A DNA stretch of 32,000 bases from Candidatus Hermodarchaeota archaeon (GTDB taxonomy: Archaea > Asgardarchaeota > Heimdallarchaeia > Hodarchaeales > Hodarchaeaceae), in assembly GCA_048886185.1 (NCBI GenBank), contig JBHLKY010000004.1, positions 60,001-92,000 of the forward strand. The letters run 5' to 3'. Made by a program: the position numbers and the translations under genes. Below, one piece after another: positions 9,141 through 17,579 of the stretch (its first letter is position 1; every line of letters begins with the position of its first letter). The notes under the pieces are model-generated. The model was not told where the DNA came from, searched no databases, and saw nothing but the letters and a program-made list of their open reading frames with translations.

Positions 9141-10175
9141 TTATTTTAATAACCCAGCTGCGTTCTTAATGGCTGTTTCAGTGTCTTTAATGATTCCTTC
9201 AATAATATCAGAAACACTGTCAATAGTATCGATCAAACCAATACTTTGCCCGAGAAGAACGGCTCCATCCTTCACATTACCCTCATAAGCTAATTCATAA
9301 GCTCTGATGGTCTTGGCTATCTCGTCAACATCAAAGGTCGCTTCTTGGGCCATTTTCTCTTCTTTGCTAGCAATAGGTTCATGTGTTAAAGCATAATCGT
9401 TTTTCCATAATCTGATGGGGCCAAAAACTCCTGTTGCCATAATGGTATCCTCTGCTTTTGCAGGTAGTACAACTTGTTTGTAAGTATCATGAAATTCACT
9501 CTCTTTTGAAGCAATAAAACGCGACCCCATGGCAACGGCTCCAGCTCCAAGTGATAATGCAGCAGCTAATCCCTCTCCTGTTGCAAATCCACCACAGGCA
9601 ACCATAGGTACATCAGGGAATTCTTTCTGCACCTGTTGGAGAAGTACTAAAGTACTTACCTTCTCATACGACTGGTGACCACCCCCTTCGCCTCCAGTGA
9701 CTACTAATCCATCAACACCTGCAGATATACATTTTCCAGCCAGCCACAAAGCTGGAGCAACATGAAAATGTTTGATATCTGATTGCTCTTTTAATTTCTG
9801 ATAGTTTGGTGAATTAGGTAAGGTTCTTGCTGAACCAGCGCTTGTGAGGGCATAAACACACTGGTCCCTTATCTTTTGATTTGCCATAATGAATTTTGGG
9901 ATTTCCCAACAAAGCATTTCAGCATTTGGTTCCATTCGAGAAGTCCGTATATTGAAACCAAAGGGTCTATCTGTATATTCGACAACTGTTTGCATATTCT
10001 TCTTCATTTCCTCAACAGGGTCAACACCAGATAAGCCAACATGTGAGAGTACACCTAAACCTCCTGCTTCAGATACTGCTATAGATAAATCCGTGGTGTA
10101 AAAAGGCCCCATGGGTGCCGCAATAATAGGGTGTTTTATACCCAACATTTTAGTTATATTCGTTTCTATTGTCAT
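9141..10175 (-). CDS. Nitronate monooxygenase / FabK-like FMN-dependent oxidoreductase
   Basis: HPIIAAPMG, VSEAGGLG, GGEGGGH, VACGGFATGEG, LGAGAVAMGSRF. Confidence 0.9.
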   Translation of the reverse strand: MTIETNITKMLGIKHPIIAAPMGPFYTTDLSIAVSEAGGLGVLSHVGLSGVDPVEEMKKNMQTVVEYTDRPFGFNIRTSRMEPNAEMLCWEIPKFIMANQKIRDQCVYALTSAGSARTLPNSPNYQKLKEQSDIKHFHVAPALWLAGKCISAGVDGLVVTGGEGGGHQSYEKVSTLVLLQQVQKEFPDVPMVACGGFATGEGLAAALSLGAGAVAMGSRFIASKESEFHDTYKQVVLPAKAEDTIMATGVFGPIRLWKNDYALTHEPIASKEEKMAQEATFDVDEIAKTIRAYELAYEGNVKDGAVLLGQSIGLIDTIDSVSDIIEGIIKDTETAIKNAAGLLK

Positions 10176-10349
10176 AATTCTTCCCTTGATTGTCAGTTCG
10201 TGATTGATATCGATTTTGTACTTAAGAATTACAACAATTATTTAGTATTGTGCTTAGGAATACCAATAAATAGTTGAAATGTACTTATTAAGAATTTGTG
10301 TCGAAAGAAAGGAGAGAGGATTTAATTCTATGAACTGAAGTGACTTTGT

Positions 10350-10877
10350 TCATTGGTCAAGAATAACAACTGTTCCTGCCGCATGATCTCCAATACGTCG
10401 CCCATCTTGGTCTATCAGTGCAACTAGGTAACAACAGCATCCATCAAGACATCCAGGACAACAGTTACGAATAAAAGATTGGCCGATGGTAGCAGGCATA
10501 CCAGTTTGGATGTCAACAACTCTTAATCTCATTAATCCTTTTCCTAAGGATTGTCCTTCTCTTATTCCGTCTTTAACGCAGCTATACACGAAACCAATAG
10601 CAAACCACGATAATATTCCCGAAATCGCACTATCAATAAGATATCCAACAGCTCTCTCTCCGCATGGGGCCTTCATTGCTGGATGATAGGGCCTTGGTTG
10701 AAATAGAGGCCTATAAGTTATGGGTTGAACTGGACGAGGGGCAAAAGATGGTTCTGACGGAGTGGTTTTCCATGCGGGAACTCCTTTTACAGGTCTCTCT
10801 GGTAATTTTTTACCGCAATTCAAACAGTATATACTATCATTGTCTACTTCTGCACCACAGAACGGACAATATCTCAT
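10350..10877 (-). CDS. Zinc-ribbon plus RDD family membrane protein
   Basis: CPFCG..CLNCG double zinc ribbon, Pro-rich linker, then RDD motifs ERAVGYLID, GQSLGKGLMRLRVV, FIRN and RRIGDHAAGTVVI. Confidence 0.9.
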   Translation of the reverse strand: MRYCPFCGAEVDNDSIYCLNCGKKLPERPVKGVPAWKTTPSEPSFAPRPVQPITYRPLFQPRPYHPAMKAPCGERAVGYLIDSAISGILSWFAIGFVYSCVKDGIREGQSLGKGLMRLRVVDIQTGMPATIGQSFIRNCCPGCLDGCCCYLVALIDQDGRRIGDHAAGTVVILDQ

Positions 10878-11032
10878 AAATCAGTCATCTCTTCTTTTGG
10901 TAAATCATAAATGAATGTAGAATAAGGTATTATAAGCCTTCGCTCGATGGCATAAAAACTTATTCTAAACATAATCCTTAAATCATTTCTTCAAACTATA
11001 TTTTCAACCTTCTATTTTTCTTACTGTAAAAA

Positions 11033-11446
11033 GTGACATTCATGACTAAAAAGTTTCCTCGTCCATGGTTCATCAATGTAACTCCCGAAACTGAAAGACT
11101 AAAAGAGCTCGGCCATTTCTGGATTGTAATGGATCAATGTAGACATCTCAACCTATGGAGATTCTCTTTTCTCTCTGATGATGAAACAGGGGAATTCATA
11201 GCGACTGGAGAAGGAAGATTCTATAAGTCAGTCTTAATGATTCACGGTCATGGAACTAAACATAAGATCTTTAATTGGTTAAGTCGTGAATTATGGTACT
11301 TTGGTTTTCGTAAATTATTTGCAATTGATAATGAACAAGCTGAATTTACATTAATCTGTGATGAACTACCACGAATGGATTATGGAATTATCATTGGAAA
11401 ATCTCAAGAGTGGGTAGACTTGACAATTTATACATATACATCTTGA
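11033..11446 (+). CDS. Hypothetical cytoplasmic protein; start probably ATG 11042
   Basis: 137-codon ORF with protein-like composition whose stop overlaps the SD of the sirtuin gene. No recognisable motif. Confidence 0.7.
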   Translation: MTFMTKKFPRPWFINVTPETERLKELGHFWIVMDQCRHLNLWRFSFLSDDETGEFIATGEGRFYKSVLMIHGHGTKHKIFNWLSRELWYFGFRKLFAIDNEQAEFTLICDELPRMDYGIIIGKSQEWVDLTIYTYTS

Positions 11447-11449
11447 GGT

Positions 11450-12220
11450 TTGGAATTGAACCAAGACATCAAAATAAAGCAAGGAGCCGAATTAATCAAG
11501 AATGCGAATTATATTGTGGCTTTCACTGGTTCTGGAATTAGTACAGAATCTGGGATTCCTGATTTTCGTAGTCCAGGTGGACTTTGGGAAAAATATGATC
11601 CAAATGAATATGCAACATACACGACATTTCTAAAATATCCTGAAAAATACTGGACAATGCACAAGGAATTGAGAGATATGGTGATAGATGCTCAACCTAA
11701 TCCAGCTCACAATGCCTTGGCCACCTTGGAGCATGAATACGGTAAACTGAAAGCTGTAATCACACAAAATGTTGATTTCCTTCATTCTAGGTCAGGAAAC
11801 ACAAAAGTACTTGAAATTCATGGAACTACAAAAAGTTCTCGATGTTTAAGCTGTAGTAAGGAGTTTCATTACACTGAGGTTGAGACATTTCTTGATCAAG
11901 GGCAGTTAGTCCCCCGTTGTCCTCAATGTGATGGATTAATTAAAACTAATACTATATTATTCGGGGAACAGATGCCTTATGATGTTATGGAGCAAGCACG
12001 GGAAGAAGTGATTGCTGCTGATCTTTTAATTGTTATAGGTAGTAGTTTGACTGTTTATCCCGCTGCTACACTCCCATCACTCGCTATTCAGACTGGTAAG
12101 CGGTTATTAATCATAAATAAAGAAATGACTCCCATGGACATTTATGCGGACATTGTGATCCGTGGTATGGCGGGAGTGATCATGCCAAAGATTTTATCTG
12201 CTTTAAAAGAGATGAGTTGA
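11450..12220 (+). CDS. cobB: NAD-dependent protein deacylase (sirtuin, Sir2/CobB family); start TTG 11450 or 11456
   Basis: AFTGSGISTESGIPDFRSPGGLW, ITQNVDFLHSRSG, EIHG, Zn sites CLSC and CPQC, ILFGEQMP, IVIGSSLTVYPAA, IINKEMTP. Confidence 0.95.
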   Translation: MELNQDIKIKQGAELIKNANYIVAFTGSGISTESGIPDFRSPGGLWEKYDPNEYATYTTFLKYPEKYWTMHKELRDMVIDAQPNPAHNALATLEHEYGKLKAVITQNVDFLHSRSGNTKVLEIHGTTKSSRCLSCSKEFHYTEVETFLDQGQLVPRCPQCDGLIKTNTILFGEQMPYDVMEQAREEVIAADLLIVIGSSLTVYPAATLPSLAIQTGKRLLIINKEMTPMDIYADIVIRGMAGVIMPKILSALKEMS

Positions 12221-12225
12221 TTTTT

Positions 12226-12852
12226 TTAGGGATTATTGAGAAATTCTTTTTCCATCAGATAAGCATGTTCTTTTCTTGCATAGTAGTTATGTAGAAGCTT
12301 ATTGATTTTATATCCTTGCCTCTGATAGAATTCGATTGCTCCTTGATTTTTATTATGGACTTGCAGCTCAAAATAGTCAATCCCATATTGGGAGGAAAGC
12401 TTAGTTTCAAGTTCTAGCAATAATTTTTTACCAACCTTTTTTCTTTGAAAAGAAGGATCGACTTGGATTGTAATAATCCTACCTAAAGATGCATTTTTTT
12501 CATCCTGTTCTCCAATAGCAAAAGCAATTATCTCGGAATTTTTAGTAAGTTCAACTGTTAAAATGGTATAGATAGGTGTCATTGAGAGAAGCATTGACAA
12601 AATAGATACCCCATAACGCATTTCAGGTGGAAAACAAGCTTTCTCAATTTTGTTAAATTTAGCTGCATCATCTATCGTACCTGATCGAATTGTAATATGT
12701 AAATCATCACTGAGAGCGGTTTGTTTCGTTTTGTTGCCTCCTTGTTTCCACCGTGTACTTCCTAGAAGGATCTTGAAGGCAGGATGTAGATAACACAATG
12801 TCCAGAAATAAATTTCGAAATCTCCTATCACTGTATTGCAAGACAGTAACAA
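12226..12852 (-). CDS. GNAT N-acetyltransferase, RimI/Ard1-like; true start probably downstream of 12852
   Basis: RIITIQVDPSFQRKKVGKKLL (acetyl-CoA motif A), LQVHNKNQGAIEFYQRQGY, NYYARKEHAYLMEK. Confidence 0.9.
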   Translation of the reverse strand: MLLSCNTVIGDFEIYFWTLCYLHPAFKILLGSTRWKQGGNKTKQTALSDDLHITIRSGTIDDAAKFNKIEKACFPPEMRYGVSILSMLLSMTPIYTILTVELTKNSEIIAFAIGEQDEKNASLGRIITIQVDPSFQRKKVGKKLLLELETKLSSQYGIDYFELQVHNKNQGAIEFYQRQGYKINKLLHNYYARKEHAYLMEKEFLNNP

Positions 12853-12939
12853 TAATTAGAAACCCCCCATTCTGTTAACAACCTGTGCTCTAAATGCTAA
12901 AAGTTATCAGCTTATAGAAATAAATGGATAAAGAACCAG

Positions 12940-13455
12940 ATGGTCAGCCATAAATTAGCTACATTAGCATATATTGTTTGTAACAACGAAATTCTTTTAT
13001 TATTCCGGAATAAAAAAGGAGAGAATGATTTTCATAGAGAGAAATACATAGGTATTGGTGGTCGTCTTGAGCCAGGGGAGACACCTCTTGAATGTATCTT
13101 ACGTGAATTGAAAGAGGAAACAGGCTACTCCCTTTCACCTGAAGAAATTAAATTTAGAGGGTATATATATTTTGATGAAATCAACCGTAATAAACTCACT
13201 GAAGATCTCCCTGCTTTCAACTGGCTTGTTTTTCTTTACTATGTTCATGTAACAAAGAAAAATGAATTCATTAACCCAGAGGGAGATTTGCATTGGATCT
13301 CTGTTGATAAAATTCCATATGAGAGAATGTGGGCTGGAGATAGAATTTTTACTCCAAAGCTTCTTGAAACCAAGGAAGTTATTGAAGCAAAATTTCTGTA
13401 CCATGGTGAAGAGATCATTAATTGGAGCTTTGGTAGAAAAACTTATCATGAATAG
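12940..13455 (+). CDS. NUDIX hydrolase, 8-oxo-dGTP diphosphatase (MutT/MTH1-like)
   Basis: Nudix box GGRLEPGETPLECILRELKEETG. C-terminal IPYERMWAGDRIF resembles the MTH1-type MWxxD motif. Confidence 0.9.
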   Translation: MVSHKLATLAYIVCNNEILLLFRNKKGENDFHREKYIGIGGRLEPGETPLECILRELKEETGYSLSPEEIKFRGYIYFDEINRNKLTEDLPAFNWLVFLYYVHVTKKNEFINPEGDLHWISVDKIPYERMWAGDRIFTPKLLETKEVIEAKFLYHGEEIINWSFGRKTYHE

Positions 13456-13503
13456 CTTAAAGCTATTGTAAAATAAACTCTGATTTCAAGGATTAGTAAA
13501 CTT

Positions 13504-14322
13504 ATGCCTCGCTCAAGGTTATTTATCTGGTTTTTAAAAAAAGGATTTCCTCTTCGAACTATTTTTGCTAGGTTCACAAAAATTCCCCTTATTGGTAGAG
13601 TAATGGACTTAATGCTGTTCGATAACGATAAGATTATCTATTTGCCTAAAGATGATGTAATAAAGATCAAAATTGATAAAAAAGTAGAGAACAAAGGTGA
13701 TGTGGTTATTCCTTCAAGCATTCTGGAGGAATTTATTGAGAAAACAAATTATTACTTCATTATGGACTGGTGCATTTGTCGTTCTGCCTCTTCCTGTGAA
13801 CATTACCCAATAGACCTCGGTTGTTTATTTCTGGGAGAGGCTGCAACGAGAATTGATCCCAAACTCGGTAAAAAAGTAACTAAGGAGGAAGCATTAATCC
13901 ATGTGAGACGATGTCGTGAGGCAGGATTAGTACATTTAATTGGCAGAAATAAACTTGATGCTTTTTGGCTGAAGGTTGGTCCTGGAGATAAATTGTTAAC
14001 TGTATGTAATTGCTGTGAATGTTGTTGTTTATGGCGAATACTCCCTCATTTATCAAAGAAAATATCTGAAAAAGTCATAAAAATGCCAGGGGTAGCTGTC
14101 ACTGTTACTGATAGATGCATAGGATGTGGAACTTGCACAAAAACATGTTTTGTTAACGCGATTAAAGTCATGGATAAACGAGCAGTTATTAGTGATGCAT
14201 GTAGAGGCTGTGGGCGTTGTGTCACTGTTTGTCCTCAACATGCATTAACTATTACTATTGAAGGAAAAGAAAATCTTAATGAATCGATCCGGAAAATTGG
14301 CGAAATAATTGACCTTACATAA
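13504..14322 (+). CDS. 4Fe-4S dicluster (ferredoxin-like) protein with Cys-rich N-terminal domain
   Basis: CIGCGTCTKTCF and CRGCGRCVTVCP ferredoxin motifs, plus CICR..C..C and CNCCECCC. Confidence 0.9.
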   Translation: MPRSRLFIWFLKKGFPLRTIFARFTKIPLIGRVMDLMLFDNDKIIYLPKDDVIKIKIDKKVENKGDVVIPSSILEEFIEKTNYYFIMDWCICRSASSCEHYPIDLGCLFLGEAATRIDPKLGKKVTKEEALIHVRRCREAGLVHLIGRNKLDAFWLKVGPGDKLLTVCNCCECCCLWRILPHLSKKISEKVIKMPGVAVTVTDRCIGCGTCTKTCFVNAIKVMDKRAVISDACRGCGRCVTVCPQHALTITIEGKENLNESIRKIGEIIDLT

Positions 14323-14365
14323 GCGATTAAAATAATTTCATGTCGTTTAATTTCCCTCTGCCTTA

Positions 14366-14506
14366 TTAGGGAACTTTTTGAATCTTGAAAGCACAACCAC
14401 ATCGGAGGCAGCGGTAAATTTCTTTTGATTCCTCTTCTGGGAGTGAACTACGTACCAACTGGTGAAGACATGTAATTTGGTAATGAATAGTACTTTTTGA
14501 TTTCAC
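14366..14506 (-). CDS. Small putative zinc-ribbon protein (46 aa), missed by the ORF track
   Basis: GTG at 14506 with GGAG 8 nt upstream. MKSKSTIHYQITCLHQLVRSSLPEEESKEIYRCLRCGCAFKIQKVP contains C-x-H and Y-x-C-x2-C-G. Confidence 0.55.
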   Translation of the reverse strand: MKSKSTIHYQITCLHQLVRSSLPEEESKEIYRCLRCGCAFKIQKVP

Positions 14507-14600
14507 TCTACTGACTCCGGTATTGTATTTTACCCATTTATTGTTTAAAAATTCGTGTGATACGCATTAAGTAAAACGAATAATTTCCATTCTCTCTGTA

Positions 14601-15428
14601 TCAAAAGAAATCTTTCAAGCTCATTTGTCTCTTTAAATAAGTTTTAGTCTTCTCAAATCCATTCACTAAAATATTTTCCTTAGTAAGAATCTTATGTAAA
14701 GCAATGGCATCATTTATAGCATAGCCAGAGAATCTATTATTAATGAGGACAAAGATGGTATCATACATCTTATTAAGCTCAACAAGTCTACGAGTCCACT
14801 CAATTCTTTCATTCTTTTTATCTAGGAAAAATTTACCAAGTTGCTCATCAGGAATAACCAGACGATCTCCTAGTAGACGAATGTAATGAAGTGGAACGTC
14901 CTTATTCTGGTATTCTACAGGGATCTCTAATATTGTTGTTTCAGCTAATGTGACTGCCCAATCAGTTAAGAGATCTTTCACATCCTCTGTAAACCACGAT
15001 TTATCACGAATCTCCAGAACTAATTGCCCCGAAAAGAGAATTGAGCACTTTTTAAGAAGTTGAATCAAAAAGGAGAGAGTTTCTGATGTTTTTCGAAATC
15101 TAGGAGGAAATTGGATTAAAATTACTTTTAATTTGTCTCTGAGGTCTTCCATTCGTGAAAAAAACTTTGTAATTATTTCAGAATTCAATTTAAGGTTGAG
15201 ATCATGAGTAATCTCTCTGATTAATTTTGCACTAAAGATGAATTCATCCGGCGTAGAGCGATACCATCTCTCAATCATGCTTGCTGAAGGAATTCGGTAA
15301 AAAGTGGTGTTAATCTCATTTAGAAGAGAATAATGACTGTAAAACTCAAGCTCATTCTTTACACTTCGTGGGTAAAAAGTACCTCGCCAATGAGTATACG
15401 ACCACCCAGCGGTTCCTATGTAAATCAT
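14601..15428 (-). CDS. DUF72 domain protein
   Basis: IYIGTAGWSY, FYP, EINTTFYRIP, FIFSAKLIREITH, LIQFPPRF, VLEIRDKSWF, HYIRLLG, FVLINNRFSGYA. Confidence 0.92.
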   Translation of the reverse strand: MIYIGTAGWSYTHWRGTFYPRSVKNELEFYSHYSLLNEINTTFYRIPSASMIERWYRSTPDEFIFSAKLIREITHDLNLKLNSEIITKFFSRMEDLRDKLKVILIQFPPRFRKTSETLSFLIQLLKKCSILFSGQLVLEIRDKSWFTEDVKDLLTDWAVTLAETTILEIPVEYQNKDVPLHYIRLLGDRLVIPDEQLGKFFLDKKNERIEWTRRLVELNKMYDTIFVLINNRFSGYAINDAIALHKILTKENILVNGFEKTKTYLKRQMSLKDFF

Positions 15429-15521
15429 TTCTATTTTAGCTAGTTTGAACTGATTTATAAAAGAGCAGCATTACTAAATTCAGAATTTATATTGAATCTC
15501 ATGGAAAGGCTTTTATCTTAA

Positions 15522-15683
15522 TTACAAGGCAAAACCAAATTTTTCTTGAGTATACCATTGGTTATCAATAATAAAGTTCTCATATCTTCTCATTGATTCT
15601 CTGAGATTTACAATTGGGGTAAATCTTACCGATATTGCCCTCTTATCAATAGCCCAAATGTCTTGGCTTAGTTTATCGAACAT
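15522..15683 (-). CDS. Possible small protein (53 aa), missed by the ORF track
   Basis: ATG 15683 to TAA 15522: MFDKLSQDIWAIDKRAISVRFTPIVNLRESMRRYENFIIDNQWYTQEKFGFAL. Co-oriented with both neighbours; no obvious SD. Confidence 0.35.
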   Translation of the reverse strand: MFDKLSQDIWAIDKRAISVRFTPIVNLRESMRRYENFIIDNQWYTQEKFGFAL

Positions 15684-15769
15684 AATTGGGAGTAATATTG
15701 ACTTTTATTGAGCTGATTTTATTATTCTATACCTTTGTATAAAATACCTCTAGGTCTCATGATACTGTT

Positions 15770-16531
15770 TTAACGAAATAATTGATTACGTATCTTCAAG
15801 GCCTTCTCCACCTCATCTGTGATGACATTATCAACCTGTCTTTTGAATGCTGCTTTTAAATACTTGTCATGATTAACAGTCCAAGGATTGACAAGTAAAC
15901 CTAGTTTTTGCGCCTTTTTTATACCTCTGTTCACACTGAAATCACGAAGGATTTTGGTGAGGTATAAGGATCGAAATCTAACCCATTCTTCTGTGATCAG
16001 GTCATAAAAAGGATGAATAGCATCACAATTTAAATCCTTAGCAATTCTTAACTGATTTATAGGAGAATGAAACAGTAGTCCTGTTTGTATATCAGGATCA
16101 ATTTCTTTTATAGTTCTTAGGGGAGTATGATGAAATGAAGAGACTATAATTTTTTTGGGATTCAAACTATATTGGCGAATTAATTCTACTAATTTTCTTG
16201 TCTCTTTTGTAGCGTTCTTCAACTCGATATTTAATATGATTTTATTACCAAACAGTTCGAGAATTTCTTCAAGAGAAGGAATCATTATTCCTTCTGAAAT
16301 TTCAATTGAGGTAAGCTCTTTATGAGTGAGATCTTTAAGGGCGTCAGAGCGGCCTATTTTCCTAAGAGTATAATCATGGAAGCAAACGAATCTCTTATCA
16401 GAAGTTAAAAGAACATCAAATTCAATTCCATCAGCGCCATAATGGATTGCGGTTAGAAAAGCAGGAATAGAGTTTTCTGGTTCTCCATTAACTAGATAAC
16501 CTCTATGAGCAAGTATTTTAATAATTTTCAT
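15770..16531 (-). CDS. Glycerophosphodiester phosphodiesterase (GDPD); frame stays open to 16816
   Basis: ILAHRG, PENSIPAF, GADGIEFDV, VCFHD, NIELK, IVSSF, NPWTVN, VITD. Catalytic domain starts at ATG 16531. Confidence 0.92.
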   Translation of the reverse strand: MKIIKILAHRGYLVNGEPENSIPAFLTAIHYGADGIEFDVLLTSDKRFVCFHDYTLRKIGRSDALKDLTHKELTSIEISEGIMIPSLEEILELFGNKIILNIELKNATKETRKLVELIRQYSLNPKKIIVSSFHHTPLRTIKEIDPDIQTGLLFHSPINQLRIAKDLNCDAIHPFYDLITEEWVRFRSLYLTKILRDFSVNRGIKKAQKLGLLVNPWTVNHDKYLKAAFKRQVDNVITDEVEKALKIRNQLFR

Positions 16532-16676
16532 CTTAAACTTCCTGAAATGGTTCCCATTTTTTGAAATAAAATTAATAATCTGGTTGAGAATTCCCAAAAC
16601 ATAAATGTGTTGATCTATCCCCCCATAAATGTGATAAGACAAATTAGCTGTCAGGATTTTTTCCCATTGGCTGTGA

Positions 16677-17042
16677 TTATTGTTGTCCGTACGATTCAGT
16701 TTTAGGAATTTCAACATTAAGGGATTTAAGTTCCTTTGAGAATCTTCGAGCCAAAGGGCGAATTTCATTTCTCTTGAATCGATATGTAATATCTGCTTTA
16801 TCTCCTTGGACATCATGCCAGGGTTCTACTATTACAACATCATTCACACTGATCCGATATCCTCGTCTAAAACGTCCAGGAATACGAGCGGTACGTTTTA
16901 TTTGATCACTACATAATACTTCCATTCTTCGGGCGCCTAAATTTCGAATAACGACTCCGATAACTTCACTTCCTTTAGGGTAGCGTGTACGCCTTACTAT
17001 CTCTGTTTCTGGCGATCCTTTCTGTTTTCCTTTTCTTACCAC
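16677..17042 (-). CDS. eif1a: Archaeal translation initiation factor aIF-1A
   Basis: EVIGVVIRNLGARRMEVLCSDQIKRTARIPGRFRR..ISVNDVVIVEPW..QGDKADITYR is the eIF1A OB-fold signature. GTG start. Confidence 0.95.
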   Translation of the reverse strand: MVRKGKQKGSPETEIVRRTRYPKGSEVIGVVIRNLGARRMEVLCSDQIKRTARIPGRFRRGYRISVNDVVIVEPWHDVQGDKADITYRFKRNEIRPLARRFSKELKSLNVEIPKTESYGQQ

Positions 17043-17207
17043 TTAATTAGCCTCATTATTTGTGCATTCTTCAGATTTAAAGTTTTAAATTTTCATATTT
17101 ATAAATATCAAGATCTTATTATGTATCTTTCTTAATTTTTTGCCTATTAACACTTCGATAAAGATATCGAAAAATAGGCGGTATTTTTTCAGAGTATCAA
17201 ATCTTCC

Positions 17208-17288
17208 CTTTGTGGTTTGTTTTCCTTTATAACGTAGCAACTATATTGATGAATATAGTTTCAAGGTTCTGAGGAGAAAACCACAGAG
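17208..17288. other. Nested inverted-repeat structure in the aIF-1A/tmk divergent intergenic region
   Basis: Inner perfect stem AACTATATT (17239-17247)-GATG-AATATAGTT (17252-17260). Outer arms TGTGGTTT (17211-17218) / AAACCACA (17278-17285) and TTTCCT (17221-17226) / AGGAGA (17272-17277). Confidence 0.5.
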
Positions 17289-17579
17289 ATAAATCCGTTA
17301 GTTTGATTACTGTAGATTTGCTTCATATATTTTTGGGATTATTTGAAGCTGGTAAAAATAAAGTCATTACATTACTACATTCATATTGGAAGAGATTTCA
17401 TTTAATTCATTGCATTTCTAAGTTCCATTCAGCGTAAAGGAGTATTAAATGGAGTGTCACTTTTCTTTAATGACTCAAGTCATCTCAAAATAATAGAATC
17501 AATAACTTTGAGAAAAAAAACTCATCAATGCGAAGAAATATTCAAAAAACCAGGAATTATAAACATATATAGATAATAG

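Noticed and set aside
9141-10175. FabK-type enoyl-ACP reductase implying fatty-acid synthesis
   Set aside because: The NMO/FabK family is widespread in archaea, and there are no ACP or fab genes in the window.
11441-11458. In-frame TGA between the hypothetical gene and the sirtuin (possible Sec or readthrough fusion)
   Set aside because: TGAGGT doubles as an SD 6 nt before TTG 11456. The same stop/SD overlap occurs at tmk-MFS (18195-18210), where the frames differ, so translational coupling explains it. No redox-motif context for Sec.
16677-16745. C-terminal extension of aIF-1A as a eukaryote-like tail
   Set aside because: Short and not acidic, unlike the eIF1A C-terminal tail.
17249-17272. 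ATGA..AA..GA pattern as a SECIS element
   Set aside because: Spacing is too short for a eukaryote/Asgard-type SECIS and there is no candidate selenoprotein adjacent.
17303-17575. Two short overlapping open frames (44 aa from TTG 17303, and a ~57-codon startless frame ending near 17575)
   Set aside because: No motif or convincing start. May be a decayed gene but cannot be supported from sequence alone.
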